DNA of 64,000 nucleotides from the human T2T-CHM13v2.0 reference genome, Homo sapiens: NCBI RefSeq assembly GCF_009914755.1, contig NC_060942.1; one strand, given 5' to 3'. A program made the translations under genes and the position numbers. This document shows positions 43,878 to 58,029 of this stretch, piece after piece (position 1 is the first letter of the stretch; the number at the start of each line of letters is the position of its first letter). The notes beneath the pieces are model-generated. The model ran no database searches and had not been told where the DNA came from. It saw only the letters and a list, made by a program, of their open reading frames with translations.

Positions 43878-44052
43878 AGCCAGGAGCGTGTAGCCTGTGC
43901 TTGTAGTCCCAGTTGTGCAGAAGACTGGGGCAGGAGGATCACTTAAGCCAGGAGTTTGAGGCTGAGTAGGCAATGATGATTGCTCCTGTGAATAGCCCCT
44001 GCACTCCAGCCTGGGCAACATAGCAAGATCCCATTTCTTAAAAAAAAAAAAA
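43878..44052 (+). mobile_element. FAM (fossil Alu monomer)
   Basis: Monomer retaining the 7SL-like segment ctgtgaatagcccctgcactccagcctgggcaacatagc; TSD gaattgaaaac. Confidence 0.8.
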
Positions 44053-44205
44053 GAATTGAAAACTGGTGACCAAACAAATCCATGTACCCACATGTTTATA
44101 GCTGCACTATTCACAATAGCCAAAAGGCAGAAACAGCCCAGATGTCCATCAATAGATGAATGGATAAACAAATTGTGGCATAGACATATAACAGAATATT
44201 ATTAA

Positions 44206-44640
<435 letters not shown>

Positions 44641-44863
44641 TGATATGTCCAGAAGAGGTGAATCCATGGAGACAGAGAGCAGGTTAGTAGTTGCCAGGGG
44701 CTGGGGAGAGGAAAGATTGAGGAACAACTGCTTGATAGGTACGGGGCTATTTTTTAAGGTGATGGAAATGATTTGCAAATAGGCAGAGGCGGTGGTTGCA
44801 CAATATTGTGAACATATAAAATGTCACGGAATTGTTCACTTTAGAATAGTTAGTTTTATGTTT

Positions 44864-45173
<310 letters not shown>

Positions 45174-46819
45174 ATTTTATGTTAAGTGAATTTCACTTCA
45201 ATAAAAACAGATGAAACCCTCTACGTTCTTACATGCAGAGATAGTCATTGCACATTTAAGAGACAGATTGAATGAGCATTTGTCTTTGATGGCATATGTG
45301 CTATAGAAACTCCTTTGAGAGAGCTGTGTTTTTAGTGAGAAATTAACACATAAACAAAATCATTTTTACTTATAAGCCTGGAGCCCCGTGAGACATCATT
45401 TATGTAGTGAGTGTTTTAAAGCTGAAGTAGCAGCCTACATTTTTGATGGTTACAATTGGTCCCTTTGAAGAGATGATGCCCTGTGGATGGAAGCAGCACA
45501 GCACAGTCCTTGCCCTCACCCCCACCTGCCAGGACAGCACGGGTGCCCTTTCCATGACAAGACCCTTTTCAGGATCATGATACAGACCAATTAGGTAGAG
45601 GCAAACCCAGATGCGTCTCAATTTGTCAGAAGCCTTGCTCTGTTTCCCCTACGTGGGTGGGGTCTGATAAAATCCCATATAGGGTTTGGCGGGGGTAGGG
45701 GGGGCATTCTTCTTAGTATTTACATCCCAAAAGGAGTTTTAAGGGACATTTAATTTTCATGTTTCTGGTTCATTTCCCTTTAACTCATCAAAATGAGATT
45801 ACGAAAGATTGCTTTGATCTTTAACAGGACTTGTTCACAGGAGACATGAAACCATTACCTTCTAAAAGGAAAGCTGTGCGTTGCCAAGAGTTTGGGGAGT
45901 TAACAGCATGATGTTTCAGCTTCGTCTGGGGCTCCAGACCCTTGATACCTAACTGGGTCCTAAACTTGGCTTAGGGAGGCCTCCCGACCTCCAGCCTAAT
46001 AAAGCCCATTAATTAACTGTCAGGCCAGCTGTGTAACAAATGAACTTTTAGAGGCTGTGCCATTTTCTTGGTTCCAGGCCAGAAACTATCGTATAAAACT
46101 CACACCACTAGTGAGACATTTCAGAGGAAAACTGGTACTTGCGTAAGTGTTCCCTTATGAGTCAAATGTGCATCACCGGATGCGTATTTTTTTTTAATTA
46201 AAATGTAAATAACTCTGTTCCAGCAGCCTTTTTTTGGTTCTTCCAGATACTCTACACTTGAGCATGAGTGACTATGAGGCTAATTGGAATCTCTCCGATT
46301 GCTTTAATGTACGTGGACTTCGGCACTCAGGGTATAAGGACGGGAAATAAGAATATTATAAAATGATGACCCAAATCCCTTCTTAAATGAACTTGAACTA
46401 TCTTCTGGTGAGATGATATTTAAAAGGCACGAGATGGGGGTTGCAGTTACAGTTCTTTAGTTTGTCAGTAGTAAGAACTGAGTCAGGTCAGTTTGAACAT
46501 AGAGAGGAATTTGTTGCAAAGCTATCAAGGTGTTTTGCAATGTTAAAGCATGAGTTGGACACAATCCCAGGCACTGGAGCAGCTCAGAGGCCTCCACAGC
46601 TGCAGCTCCTGATGCTCCCTCACTTTCAGATGGTACTGAGGACTAAAAGCAGAAATGTCATAGAGAGTTAGGCATGGGAGAAGATTCTGCAGAAGGTTGA
46701 GAGGACAGGCTAGGTAATCTATGACCATCCTCCCAAATAAGGTGGCTACACAGCAGTTAAATATTTAAACAACCAGGGAGAATGCTTGATGTCATCCCTT
46801 CTTCAACAGCCCCAACACT

Positions 46820-47640
46820 TGGGCATTCAGCATCTGTTTGAACATCTTCCATGATGGGGAGCATACTACTTATGAGGACAACCTATCCCCATTATTGGAC
46901 CATATGACATAAGAAAAAGTCATTATATTGAAGGGAAACTTGACTTATACCCTTTGGCCTGCCATCTAGACTTTGAGCACATAGATCAAGTCTTACTCAG
47001 TATCCACATGATTGTCTTTTGCATATTGAAGATAAATCAACACACAGTCTTCCTAGAGTTTTCTCTTATTCTAACTCAAGCGTATTTAATGCCTTCAGAC
47101 AGTTTTCCTATGATGGTGGCTTTCACTCTGTCCAACCCCTTCTGCACATAATGGCTGTTTTAAAATGCAGTAGCCAGGATTTGATATATACTCCAGACGT
47201 GGTCTGGACAATAAGCTTCTAGGCCTGCGGCTTTGAATTGCATTAGCATCACTTCATTGGCTCGGGCTGTGCTTGCAGGCTATTCGTGAACCATCGCCAG
47301 ATCAACTCTCTCCTGTTATATTTTTGTGCAATTAATTTTTAAAACACAAATGCAGGATGGTATACGAGTCAAATAAAAAAGGCACAATGAGTAGTCTTTA
47401 TTCAGATTATTTTGATTTTGACCCTGCCTTTCATTATACTAACTGTCTTCCTACCACCAATTAAAAGACATAGATTCTATGTCTAATTCAAAGTCATTGA
47501 TGGGAAAAAAATATTGAGCTGATTAGGGCAAGTGCAAAGCCTTTTGATCTAGACAGAACTAGCAATGTCTCTACAAATGGACACTGAGCAGTAGTCTCTG
47601 AGTACAGTTATTAAACCATCTATGAATCGTCCCAAATTCA
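46820..47640 (-). mobile_element. L3/CR1 LINE relic
   Basis: cagcatctgtttgaacatcttccatgatggggagcatactac...atattgaaga...ttttaaaatgcagtagccagga...atactccagacgtggtctg; probably continues at about 48230-48380. Confidence 0.6.
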
Positions 47641-47715
47641 GGCTATCTCAGAATGTGTCTGATAGAGGAACTGCTCCTCTAAATATTGATAAGACTTACT
47701 TTTAAAAAAGCTCTT

Positions 47716-48156
<441 letters not shown>

Positions 48157-49450
48157 ATATATGTGTCTGTATGTGAGGATATCTTCTTATGGAGTCCCAT
48201 AAAACACACTCGGGAAACAGTGATCTAATTATGTTACCATGCAGCATGCAAGTTTCCAGTCTGTTCCACTGTGATTTAAATGAGAGGCTTTATCAAGTGT
48301 TCTGCTGTAATCGTGATATGCTATAGGCATAGTGTGTATGTCTGTGTTCTTCCAATCTATTAGCTCTATCAAAGCAGAAAATAAGGGGAAAGAATCAAGA
48401 ACTGAGCCAGAGAGTTGAAGACTAATAAAGGCCCATGTTGACCAGGAGATTTCAGGGACATGAGATCCTGGGTCTTGGAGTGGCCCAAACGTCAGGTTGA
48501 AGAATGAAAGACAAAGATTGAATCATAGGTTGAGTCATTTACCAGTGAAGATCCAGAAGAAAACCCCCAAAATGGAGGTCAGGACAATCAGCTGGTGTGG
48601 TCATGAGCAGTGGCAGCTGAGTTTTAAGTCCAAATCCTGTGGCATCGGCTTCACCCAGTGTGGCTGAGGTGCTTCCAGAGTGGCCACTGGACCTGTTCCC
48701 TGACAGCCAGAGTTAAGAAGCTTCTTTCTCTTTGCTACCTGCTACGATTGTGCTGTCTACCCTCGCGGGGTCTAGCATGTCTTTGTCCTTCTAAGCTAGG
48801 GATGAAAATAATAAACTGTTTTTGTGGCCTTTAGGATAAACCACAAGCCTTGATTACTTTGGGCTTGAGTTCTCCTTTGACATGCTTCTTTTTTCTGCCT
48901 TCTTTTTAAAATCCCATCTTTTTATCTCTAATACATTTATTTATTTTTGTCTTTTACTTGTTCTACGTACTCAATATTAACACCTACATTTGTTCTTGGA
49001 CTTAAATGGCAATATCTTATAGCTCGATTTATTAATGTTTGTAAAATAGGTGTATTCATGGAACATGCATTTTAGTATATTGAATGGTACTTTTAACATC
49101 TATAGGGAACTTGAAATTTACAGATACTTCCTAAGGATCTTTTTCTTTAAAGTTGAAAAATGCTTTTGTAGATCATATAACCTCTAATTTGCCAATTTTG
49201 TAAGTCTGTAGATTTAGTTTTTTTAAAAAAATCATGGTTAATCTGAATCAGTAAACACTACATTTTGAAGTTTAACAAGTAGCAGAGTGTCTGATCAGTT
49301 GACTAGAATTAATTGGTGTGATTTTAGGACTGTGTACGGCTTTACAGTATGATTTAAGATTGGCACTTAGTAAATTAAATGAGATTATTTTATAACTACG
49401 CATAGTAGAAGGCTGACTCTTAATGTGTGATGTACATGATGGAATAATAA

Positions 49451-49879
<429 letters not shown>

Positions 49880-50254
49880 TGAGTGCCTAGAATATTCTGG
49901 AAACTGGGAATACAAATGCCCCTGGTGTAATTCACATCACACAATTACTTAGAGTCATTCGCTGTCAGGCACCCAATCCTACCTAATTAACATATTAGGC
50001 ACCCAAACCTAATATGTTAATTACTAACTAGATAGGGACGAGCAAAGTCTAAGGAATTGATCAGGCCTACAGGCATTCTAGAATCAAACTGGAAAGATGT
50101 ACAAATGGGACCTTCACCGATGATGGAACCCAAGCAAGGGCCTGTTCCTTGGACGTGGAAGGGGCCAAGATTCAATGTTGAGTCTATGGGAAACTGACAA
50201 ATTTAAGTCCAATTCTAGTCCTGTTTTGGTAGCTAAGGGGATAAGAATAAGAAT

Positions 50255-50490
50255 AGATAACATCTACTGTGTGCTCCCTGTGAGCCAGGCATTGTTCTAA
50301 GCACTTTGCATGTATTGATTCCTTCAGTCCTTATAACACCCCTATGATGTAGATTCTGTTATAATGCCTATCTTATAAATGAGGCTTCTGAGGCACAGAG
50401 AGGTTAAATATTTTACCCAAGGTTGCACAACATGTAAACAGCCAGGCTGGAGCCCAATCCAGGCAGTCTGTCCCTGGAGCCTATGCCTTG
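50255..50490 (-). mobile_element. MIR, near full length
   Basis: gccaggcattgttctaagcactttgcatgtattga...atgaggcttctgaggcacagagaggttaaata...cccaaggt. Confidence 0.82.
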
Positions 50491-52409
50491 GTGGTCACAG
50501 GGCTAAAGCGAGGAAACAGTTGGTGGACAGCCTCTTGGCTCTGTGAAGATGCGCAAGTGGAGATATTATTAGGCGCTGCTGCAAATCACTGAGTCAGGAT
50601 CTCAGCCTTTCTCCCCCACACAGATGCTCTTGATTTACCCAGTAATAACTTAATCGAATGATTTATACACACCATGTCCTGTTGGAACGAGTAAACAGCA
50701 ACTTAGTTCTGGTGTGTTATGAAATAGAGATTTTAAAAATCCAAACGACTTGTGGCAAAACGGGTTTTACCCTGGGAATGGAGAGAGAGAGAATAGCTCA
50801 GGTCCAAGGAACCTCACGCGCTCCCTGTTTAGAATTCTGCCTCCCCCACCCCATTGTACACTTGACTATCTCCCACATCCTCATAAATCTGAGTGCCCTG
50901 GGTGTCTGGATAATGAATGAGAGATGGGTATTGATGGATGAGTACATATGAGATAGGACATTTAAAAAGTGATTCATTAACCTAGGCAACCCTTTATAGC
51001 AAAAAATATCAAAGCTAGGGGTTATCTTTTTAAAACACAAATCTGGCCATTTGTCCCCTCTGCTTAAAACTCATTAATGGCCCTCTTCTACCCACAGGGT
51101 AAATTCTTAATGCCATGCCTTGCTCAAGGCCCTCCCAAGGTTGACCCCTTCCCCACTGCCCCCAGCAGGCCCTGCATACCACAAATTCCGATCAGCTTCT
51201 GATACCCCATGGCCTTTTCTCCCTACCTCTGCACCTCACCCTCCAGCCTCCTGTTACCCAGGGTTCCTGCTGCTTCAGTCCCAGCTCAGATCCGCCTCCC
51301 AAGGAACCTCTTGTGTCAGACCTGGTGCTGAGACAGCCAAAGCATCCGGTCCAGCCCAGGCCAGAGCCAGGAAACCCTTGTGATCCAGAAAATTAGAAAT
51401 GTGGTCAAGGTCGGGACCCGGAACTGAGCAGGCCTTCGGTGGGCTGTCCCAGGGTGGAGACCAAGGAGAAGGGGAGGCTCAGCCAAGACTTTCACCCAGG
51501 GCAACGAGGGGCAGCCAGTCCTACGGGGTCACCTTCAGGGCTCAGTGGCTGCAGTTATGATACTGAAGGGATAAGAGGAGTCAGAGGAAGGGAAGAAACC
51601 CCGTATCTGGCCAGGCGGAGAGCTCACTGGTTCTGGAGCAAAATCTTTCGGGACAACTGCAACAGGGCCGGGAGAGGTGAGAGCTCAACAACCTCAACGG
51701 AGGCAGAGAATCTCACAGCATCACCAGAGGTACGGAGTGGGGATGGCCTCTAAGCTGACATCTCCTGGACTCCACTTCATTACCAACCTATACTGAGAGC
51801 CCATTGGATGGTTCTTAAGAACACAGGAGATGATAGTGAATTAAAGCCCCCCAAGGATGGGCTGGTAGATTTCCAGCCAGGCACCTACTTTGCAGTTCAT
51901 GTTATTCTTGTTCACTCATCTGTTCAATCCACAATTTACGTTTGTGGCCATGTGTCCCAGGCACTGTACTCTGGGCTGGGCGTGCAAAGCAGGAAAGACG
52001 GCCCCTGCCCTCCAGGAACTCGGGGACCCCTGGGCACCCAAGCACAAGGAGGCACAAAGGGAATCCTGGTGGTGTTAAGGGAGCCGCAGGGTTGATCAGA
52101 GAAGTGTGGAGGCTTCTTCCACAGGGGCTCACCCCGGGACTTTGCTTGTCTTCCCTCTCCTGGACCGGTTCTTCTCACCCGACTCCTCTGGTTCAGATTC
52201 GACTTCTCTATCGGGGTCTGCCTCAGCTTCCAGCTCCTCCACGAAGCATCTCCTCCTCCAGCTCTCAGCTGTCTCTCTCTTCCCGGCATTTGCACAGCCA
52301 TAGTGACCTGTGGCATCAAATTAAGTGCTTGAGTAAATTGTTGTGTTTGGCTTTTTTTTTTTCTCCTGACTAGATTGGAAATGACTTGAGCCTAAAGGTT
52401 ACATCTTAT

Positions 52410-52763
<354 letters not shown>

Positions 52764-52811
52764 TAGTGTCCAACTAATGTTTGGGGTGGGTAAAAACGAT
52801 GTAAAAGAAAT

Positions 52812-52936
52812 TCTCTTTCTTTCTCCCTGCCTCCCTTCCTTGATCCCTGTCTCTCTTCTAACCTCTACCTCTTTCCCCCTCCTTCCCCCTCCCTCTCCCT
52901 CTCTTCCTTCTCTTTCTCCCTTCCATCCCTCTTTCC
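52812..52936. repeat. Polypyrimidine low-complexity tract
   Basis: About 125 bp of C/T-rich sequence ending tttccag. Confidence 0.85.
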
Positions 52937-54178
52937 AGGATTTCAGCAGGCAGATTACACAGACTGAGCTGAGGACCTATGAGCCCCCTTTCTGGCTTGT
53001 CCAGGAAGGCCTCGTTGGGGAAGTTCTTTGGAGGGTGGAAGGAAGGATTTTGCAGATGGAGGACAAAATCAGGCTGTGGGCCTTTGGAGGAGGCAAAATT
53101 ATCATTTGCATTTCTCTGTGGAGTGAGAACTCTGTAATTTCAGATTTTGCCTAATTGCTGTTTAGAGTTCCCCGGGCCGGCTGCTCTTCAGGCAGGCGTG
53201 TGTTTGTGGGAGAGGTGCACTGTTAATGGCTCTGAGGCTCTGAAGCTCCGTCCAACTATGGCTTAAAGGTAAGATGACTCAGATAGGGAGCGGGTCAATT
53301 CCAGAGTTCTGCTTTTCTTCAGGAGCGCAGATTTGTTCAGCCACAGGGAGGGGAGGAGAAGCTGGCGCTGCTGAGGAGTCCCAAGCACATATTATATTAT
53401 TTGCAGGCAGCATCTTTGGTCTGTGACAGCTCCAATTTAAGCTCTGAGCAGCTGGTAGCCAGAAACCAGGCAACGTCAAAGACAGGCACATGCGTGTTCT
53501 CTCTTTAGCCATGGGCTCTCCCGGCACATGTGTGCGAGGCCGCAAGACTGTTTCTCATTTGCACCCTGGACATTTTGGAGAGTTACCTACTTCCTTTGAA
53601 AATTATTTTCAAGTGTTCCTAAGTGCTAGTGAGAATGACACACAGGCTGCCTGTGCCTGGGGAGGAACTGGGGCTACGGGCTACCCTCTCCCTGGGCTTC
53701 CCACGTGGATTCAAACTCAACCAAACCAAACCAAACCAAGCCTGCTCTGTCTCCCTCCATCTGAGGTTGGGTTGTCACCAGCAACTGATTTTTTTTTTTT
53801 TTAAGTAGAGCACATTAAAGGACGAGAAGGTATGGCCATTTTAATCTATCATTGGCAAACACCTTGGCAAATGTGAAACAAATGCACTTTGCTTTCAACT
53901 TTTTAGTAACTGGCAACTCCTTGTGCTTTTGAGTTAAGGCCACAGGGTTGAATGCCACAGGGAGTAGTTTCAGCTGGGCAGGGCCCAGCTAGGAGTGGGT
54001 GCTCTCCAGAGGTCGCTGTCCAGGGCCACGGCTGGATTCGGACCCCTTCCCCTCTGGCCAGACCTCTACACAGGCCAGGCCTGGTTGAAATGAACATCCT
54101 GGAAGTCTTGAAACGGACAAAAGCACATCAGAGTTTGCTGCCACACATGCAGGGCTACACACAGAGCAGAGGCTACTG

Positions 54179-55292
54179 GTGTGTGTGTGTGTGTGTGTGT
54201 GTTTATGGTAGTGTGATATGCATGATGTGTTGTGTGTTGTATGTTATGTGTGTGATTTATGTGGTGTGTATGTGGTGTGTCTTTGTGTCTTTGTGTGGTT
54301 TGTGTGTGGTGTGGTGTATTTGTGCGTGTCTGGTGTGGTCTATGTGGTGTGGTGCATAGTGTGGTTTGTGTGGGGTGTGTGTGCATGTGGTATGGTGTGT
54401 TTGTGTATTTGTGTGTATGGCGCATGTTGTGTTTGTATTTGTGTGTGTGTGTGGTGTATGGTATGGTGTGTGTGGCATGGTTTGTAGTGTGTGTGAGTGT
54501 GGTATGATGTGAGTGTGGTGTCATCTGTGTGAGTGTGGTGTGTGTACGGTGTGTAGTGTATGAGTGTGGTGTGGTGTGTAGGATGAGTGTGGTGTGTGTG
54601 GTGTGTGTAGTGTGTGTATTTGTGTGTGTGGTATGTAGTGTGTGAGTGGATGTTGTGTGTGTGGTGTGCGTGGTGTGTGTGAGAGCGTGGTGTGGTGTGT
54701 AGCGTGTGCATTTGTGAGTGTGGTGTGTGAGTCTGGTGTGTGTAGTGTATTTGTGGGTGTGGCATGTAGTATGTGAGTGGGTGTAGTGTGTGTGGTGTGT
54801 GTAGTGTGTGTGAATGGGTGTGGTGTGTGTGAGTGTGGTGTGGTATGTAGTGTGTGAGTGGGTGTGGTGTGTGGTGTGTGTAGTGTGTGTGAGTGTGGCA
54901 TGGTATGTAGTGTGTGTGGTGTGTGTAGTGTGTGTGTGAGTGGATGTGGTGTGTAGCATGTGTACTTCTGTGCATGGTATGTATTGTGTGAGTGGGTGTG
55001 GTGTGTGTGGTGTGGTGTGTGGTGTGAGTGGGTCTGGTGTGTGTGAGTGTGGTGTGGTATGTAGTGTGTGTATTTCTGTGCATAGTATGTATTGTGTGAG
55101 TGGGCGCAGTGTGTGTGGTGTGGTGTGTGTGTGTGGTGTGTAATGTGAGTGGGTGTGTGTGTGTGGTGTGTAGAGTGGGTGTGGTGTGTGTGAGTGTGGT
55201 GTGGTGTGTAGTGTGTATTTCTGCGCATGGTAGGTATTGTGTGAGTGTGTGTGGTGTGTGTGGTGTGGTGTGTAGTGTGTGTTTGCATGTGT
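54179..55292. repeat. 1.1-kb degenerate GT-rich tandem array
   Basis: Begins with (GT)12, then mosaics of tgtgg, gtgtga, tgtag and longer recurring modules. Confidence 0.97.
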
Positions 55293-55469
55293 AGGGAGGC
55301 AAGCACTGTTGACAGGAGTGGCGTCCTGTGGAGAGCCAGCCCCCTCAAAATTGCAGAACATCACCAACAGTGACCATGTATTGAGGACACATGAGGACAT
55401 GCTCGGCATACATGTCCTTATTTAAATCTTGGAAAGAATGTGGCAAACCCTTTCACAACCTGTGAAACC

Positions 55470-55992
55470 CTGTGTGGCCCAGTTCCTAAGAGGCCACAGA
55501 TAGTACCTAGGCCTGTGAGGAACCGGGCCATGCGGCAGGAGGTGAGCAGCAGGCGGGCAAACAAAACTTCCTCTGCATTTACAGCTGCTCCCCATCGCTC
55601 ACATGACCACCTGCGCTCCGCCTCCTGTCAGATCAGCGGAGGCATTAGATTCTCATAGGACCGCGAACCCTATTGTGAACTGCACATGGGAGGGATCTAG
55701 GTTGCGGCTCCTTAGGAGAATCCAATGCTTGATGACCTGTTGCTGTCTCCATCACCCCTGGATGGGTCTGTCTAGTTGCAGGAAAACAAGCTCGGGGCTC
55801 CCATTGGTTCTACAATTATCATGAATTGTATAATTATTCCATTATATATTACCATGTAATCATAATATAAAGTGCACAGTAAATGCAATGCACTTGAATC
55901 ATCCTGAAACCATCCCCCCCGGCCCCTGTCCGTGGAAAAATTGTCTCCACGAAACTAGTCCCTGGTGCCAAAAAGGTTGGGGAACATTACTG
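55470..55992 (+). mobile_element. MER1A (hAT-Charlie) with rearranged left end
   Basis: ctccgcctcctgtcagatcagcgg.ggcattagattctcatagg...tctagttgcaggaaaacaagctc...gtccctggtgccaaaaaggttgggga. Confidence 0.92.
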
Positions 55993-56043
55993 TAAAGTAT
56001 CACTCTCCCACCTTTATAGATGAGGAAACTGAGACTCAGATAA

Positions 56044-56492
56044 TGCACTAGTTTGCTAGGGCTGACACAGCAAAGCACCACAAACTGGATGGCTTAAAAC
56101 AACAGAAACGTATCTGTCATAGTTCTGGAGGTTGGAAGCCAGAAAGCAAGGTGCCAGCAGGGCCATGCTCTCACCGACTCTAGATGGAACCTTTCCTTGC
56201 CTCTTCCTGGCTCCCGGTGGTTGTTGTTGACCCTCGACACTTTTTGGTTTGCAGCTGCGTCAGTTCCATCTCTGCCTCTGCCACCGTGGCATTCTTCTCT
56301 CTTATGAGGTATCTGTGTCTCCTCATAAGAACACCAGTCATGTTGAATTAAGGATCCACCCTACCCTAGTAAGACTTTATCTACTTAATTAATATCTCAA
56401 TGACCCCATTTCCAAATAAGGCCACATTCTGAGATACTGGGGATTAGGTCTTCAACGTGTCTTTTGGGAGACACAATTCAACTCGTTAAACA
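56044..56492 (-). mobile_element. MaLR solo LTR, MLT1B/C-like, inserted in a MIR
   Basis: caccacaaactggatggcttaaaacaacagaaa...agttctggagg...aacaccagtcat...ttccaaataaggccacattctgagatactggggattagg; MIR pieces at about 55995-56042 and 56505-56570. Confidence 0.85.
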
Positions 56493-57701
56493 TAAGGAAA
56501 ATATCTTGCTTAAGATAACCCTACCTGCAAGTGGCAGAGAAAATTTGAATCCAATGCTGACTCCCAAACTCCTTTTCTTTTCTGTACACTAATTTATGCA
56601 ATTGCATTGATTGATGTGTACAATTTACTTAGGTTCATTTAAGCTTTGTATTTTCTTTCCCACAACCCCCTTTGCACCGGCAGTTTCTCAGCTGCTATAT
56701 TGCCCACATAAGATTTCCTATGATAGCTTTTCTTTCTTTTCATTAGCTCTCTCTTAGCTGAGTAGGAAGATGGAAGGTCAGGGCTGAGGAGCTAAGTCAG
56801 ACTCAGGGATGGTGTCTGTGCCAGAGACACAGAGGGATCATGTCCAGTCAGGAAAAGAGAAATCAAGTATTTCAAACAGAGAGGATTTAACACAGGAATT
56901 GGTTATAGGAGCATTGGATTGGAAAGGCTGAGGGAAAGAGAGAGAAAGAGAGAGAGAGAGACTACAGTAGGAACAACAACAAAAAAAGACAGAAGCCATT
57001 AGTAGGAAATCATAGGTGGGCATATGGCAGCCAAGGTATCTGGAGAAACTTCTTTTATATAATGAAATCCCTCTTATATAATAGCTTGTATGGCAAAAGA
57101 AAAGGAAGCCATCAAATCCCCCAAATGACAGAAGAGAAGACCAAAGTTGTTGTTTGTTCCACAGGCATTTGTCATCCATGGTGGGCTTGACCTTGGGTTT
57201 TAAGAGGCTATGCCCCTGGTGGCAAAGGTTAAGCCCAGCACCACACAAGATAGAATGTTAGACCAGAGCTAGTACACAAAGCCGGATCCCTGAAGAGTGC
57301 CATTCCTGAACGAGAAAAAACGCCCAGACAGAGAAACACGAAGAATACTTGCTTATCTAGATCTTAGCTCTTGGTAAAGCGACAAACCAAACCAAAAGTT
57401 GCCCATGAAAAGACTCCCAAAAAAGTCTCTAATGAAAGAGGTTATACCTATTTATTTTCATTCTGACACTTGCTGATTGGGAGAGCTCTTGACTTATGTT
57501 TGATAGCAGGAAACTGCCTACTCAGAAGAAAATAGGTTACCTGCTTGGGAAAAGAAAGATCTAGAAAATCAAAAATTTTTAGTTATTTTGGTTGTCTTTT
57601 GCTTCTTGTTGTTGTTGTTGTTGTTTGTTTTATAGCATTTCTAATCCAGATTTTTATACTTCTTATACAAGATTATTTTTCTTGATAGAAAATAATAGAA
57701 G

Positions 57702-58029
<328 letters not shown>

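Noticed and set aside
51310-51800. Possible old LTR
   Set aside because: Composition is LTR-like but I could not match termini, TSD or a family.
54066-55409. 447-aa His/Thr-rich ORF and overlapping ORFs
   Set aside because: Translation of the CA-rich strand of the GT array; several frames are open simply because the repeat lacks stop codons.
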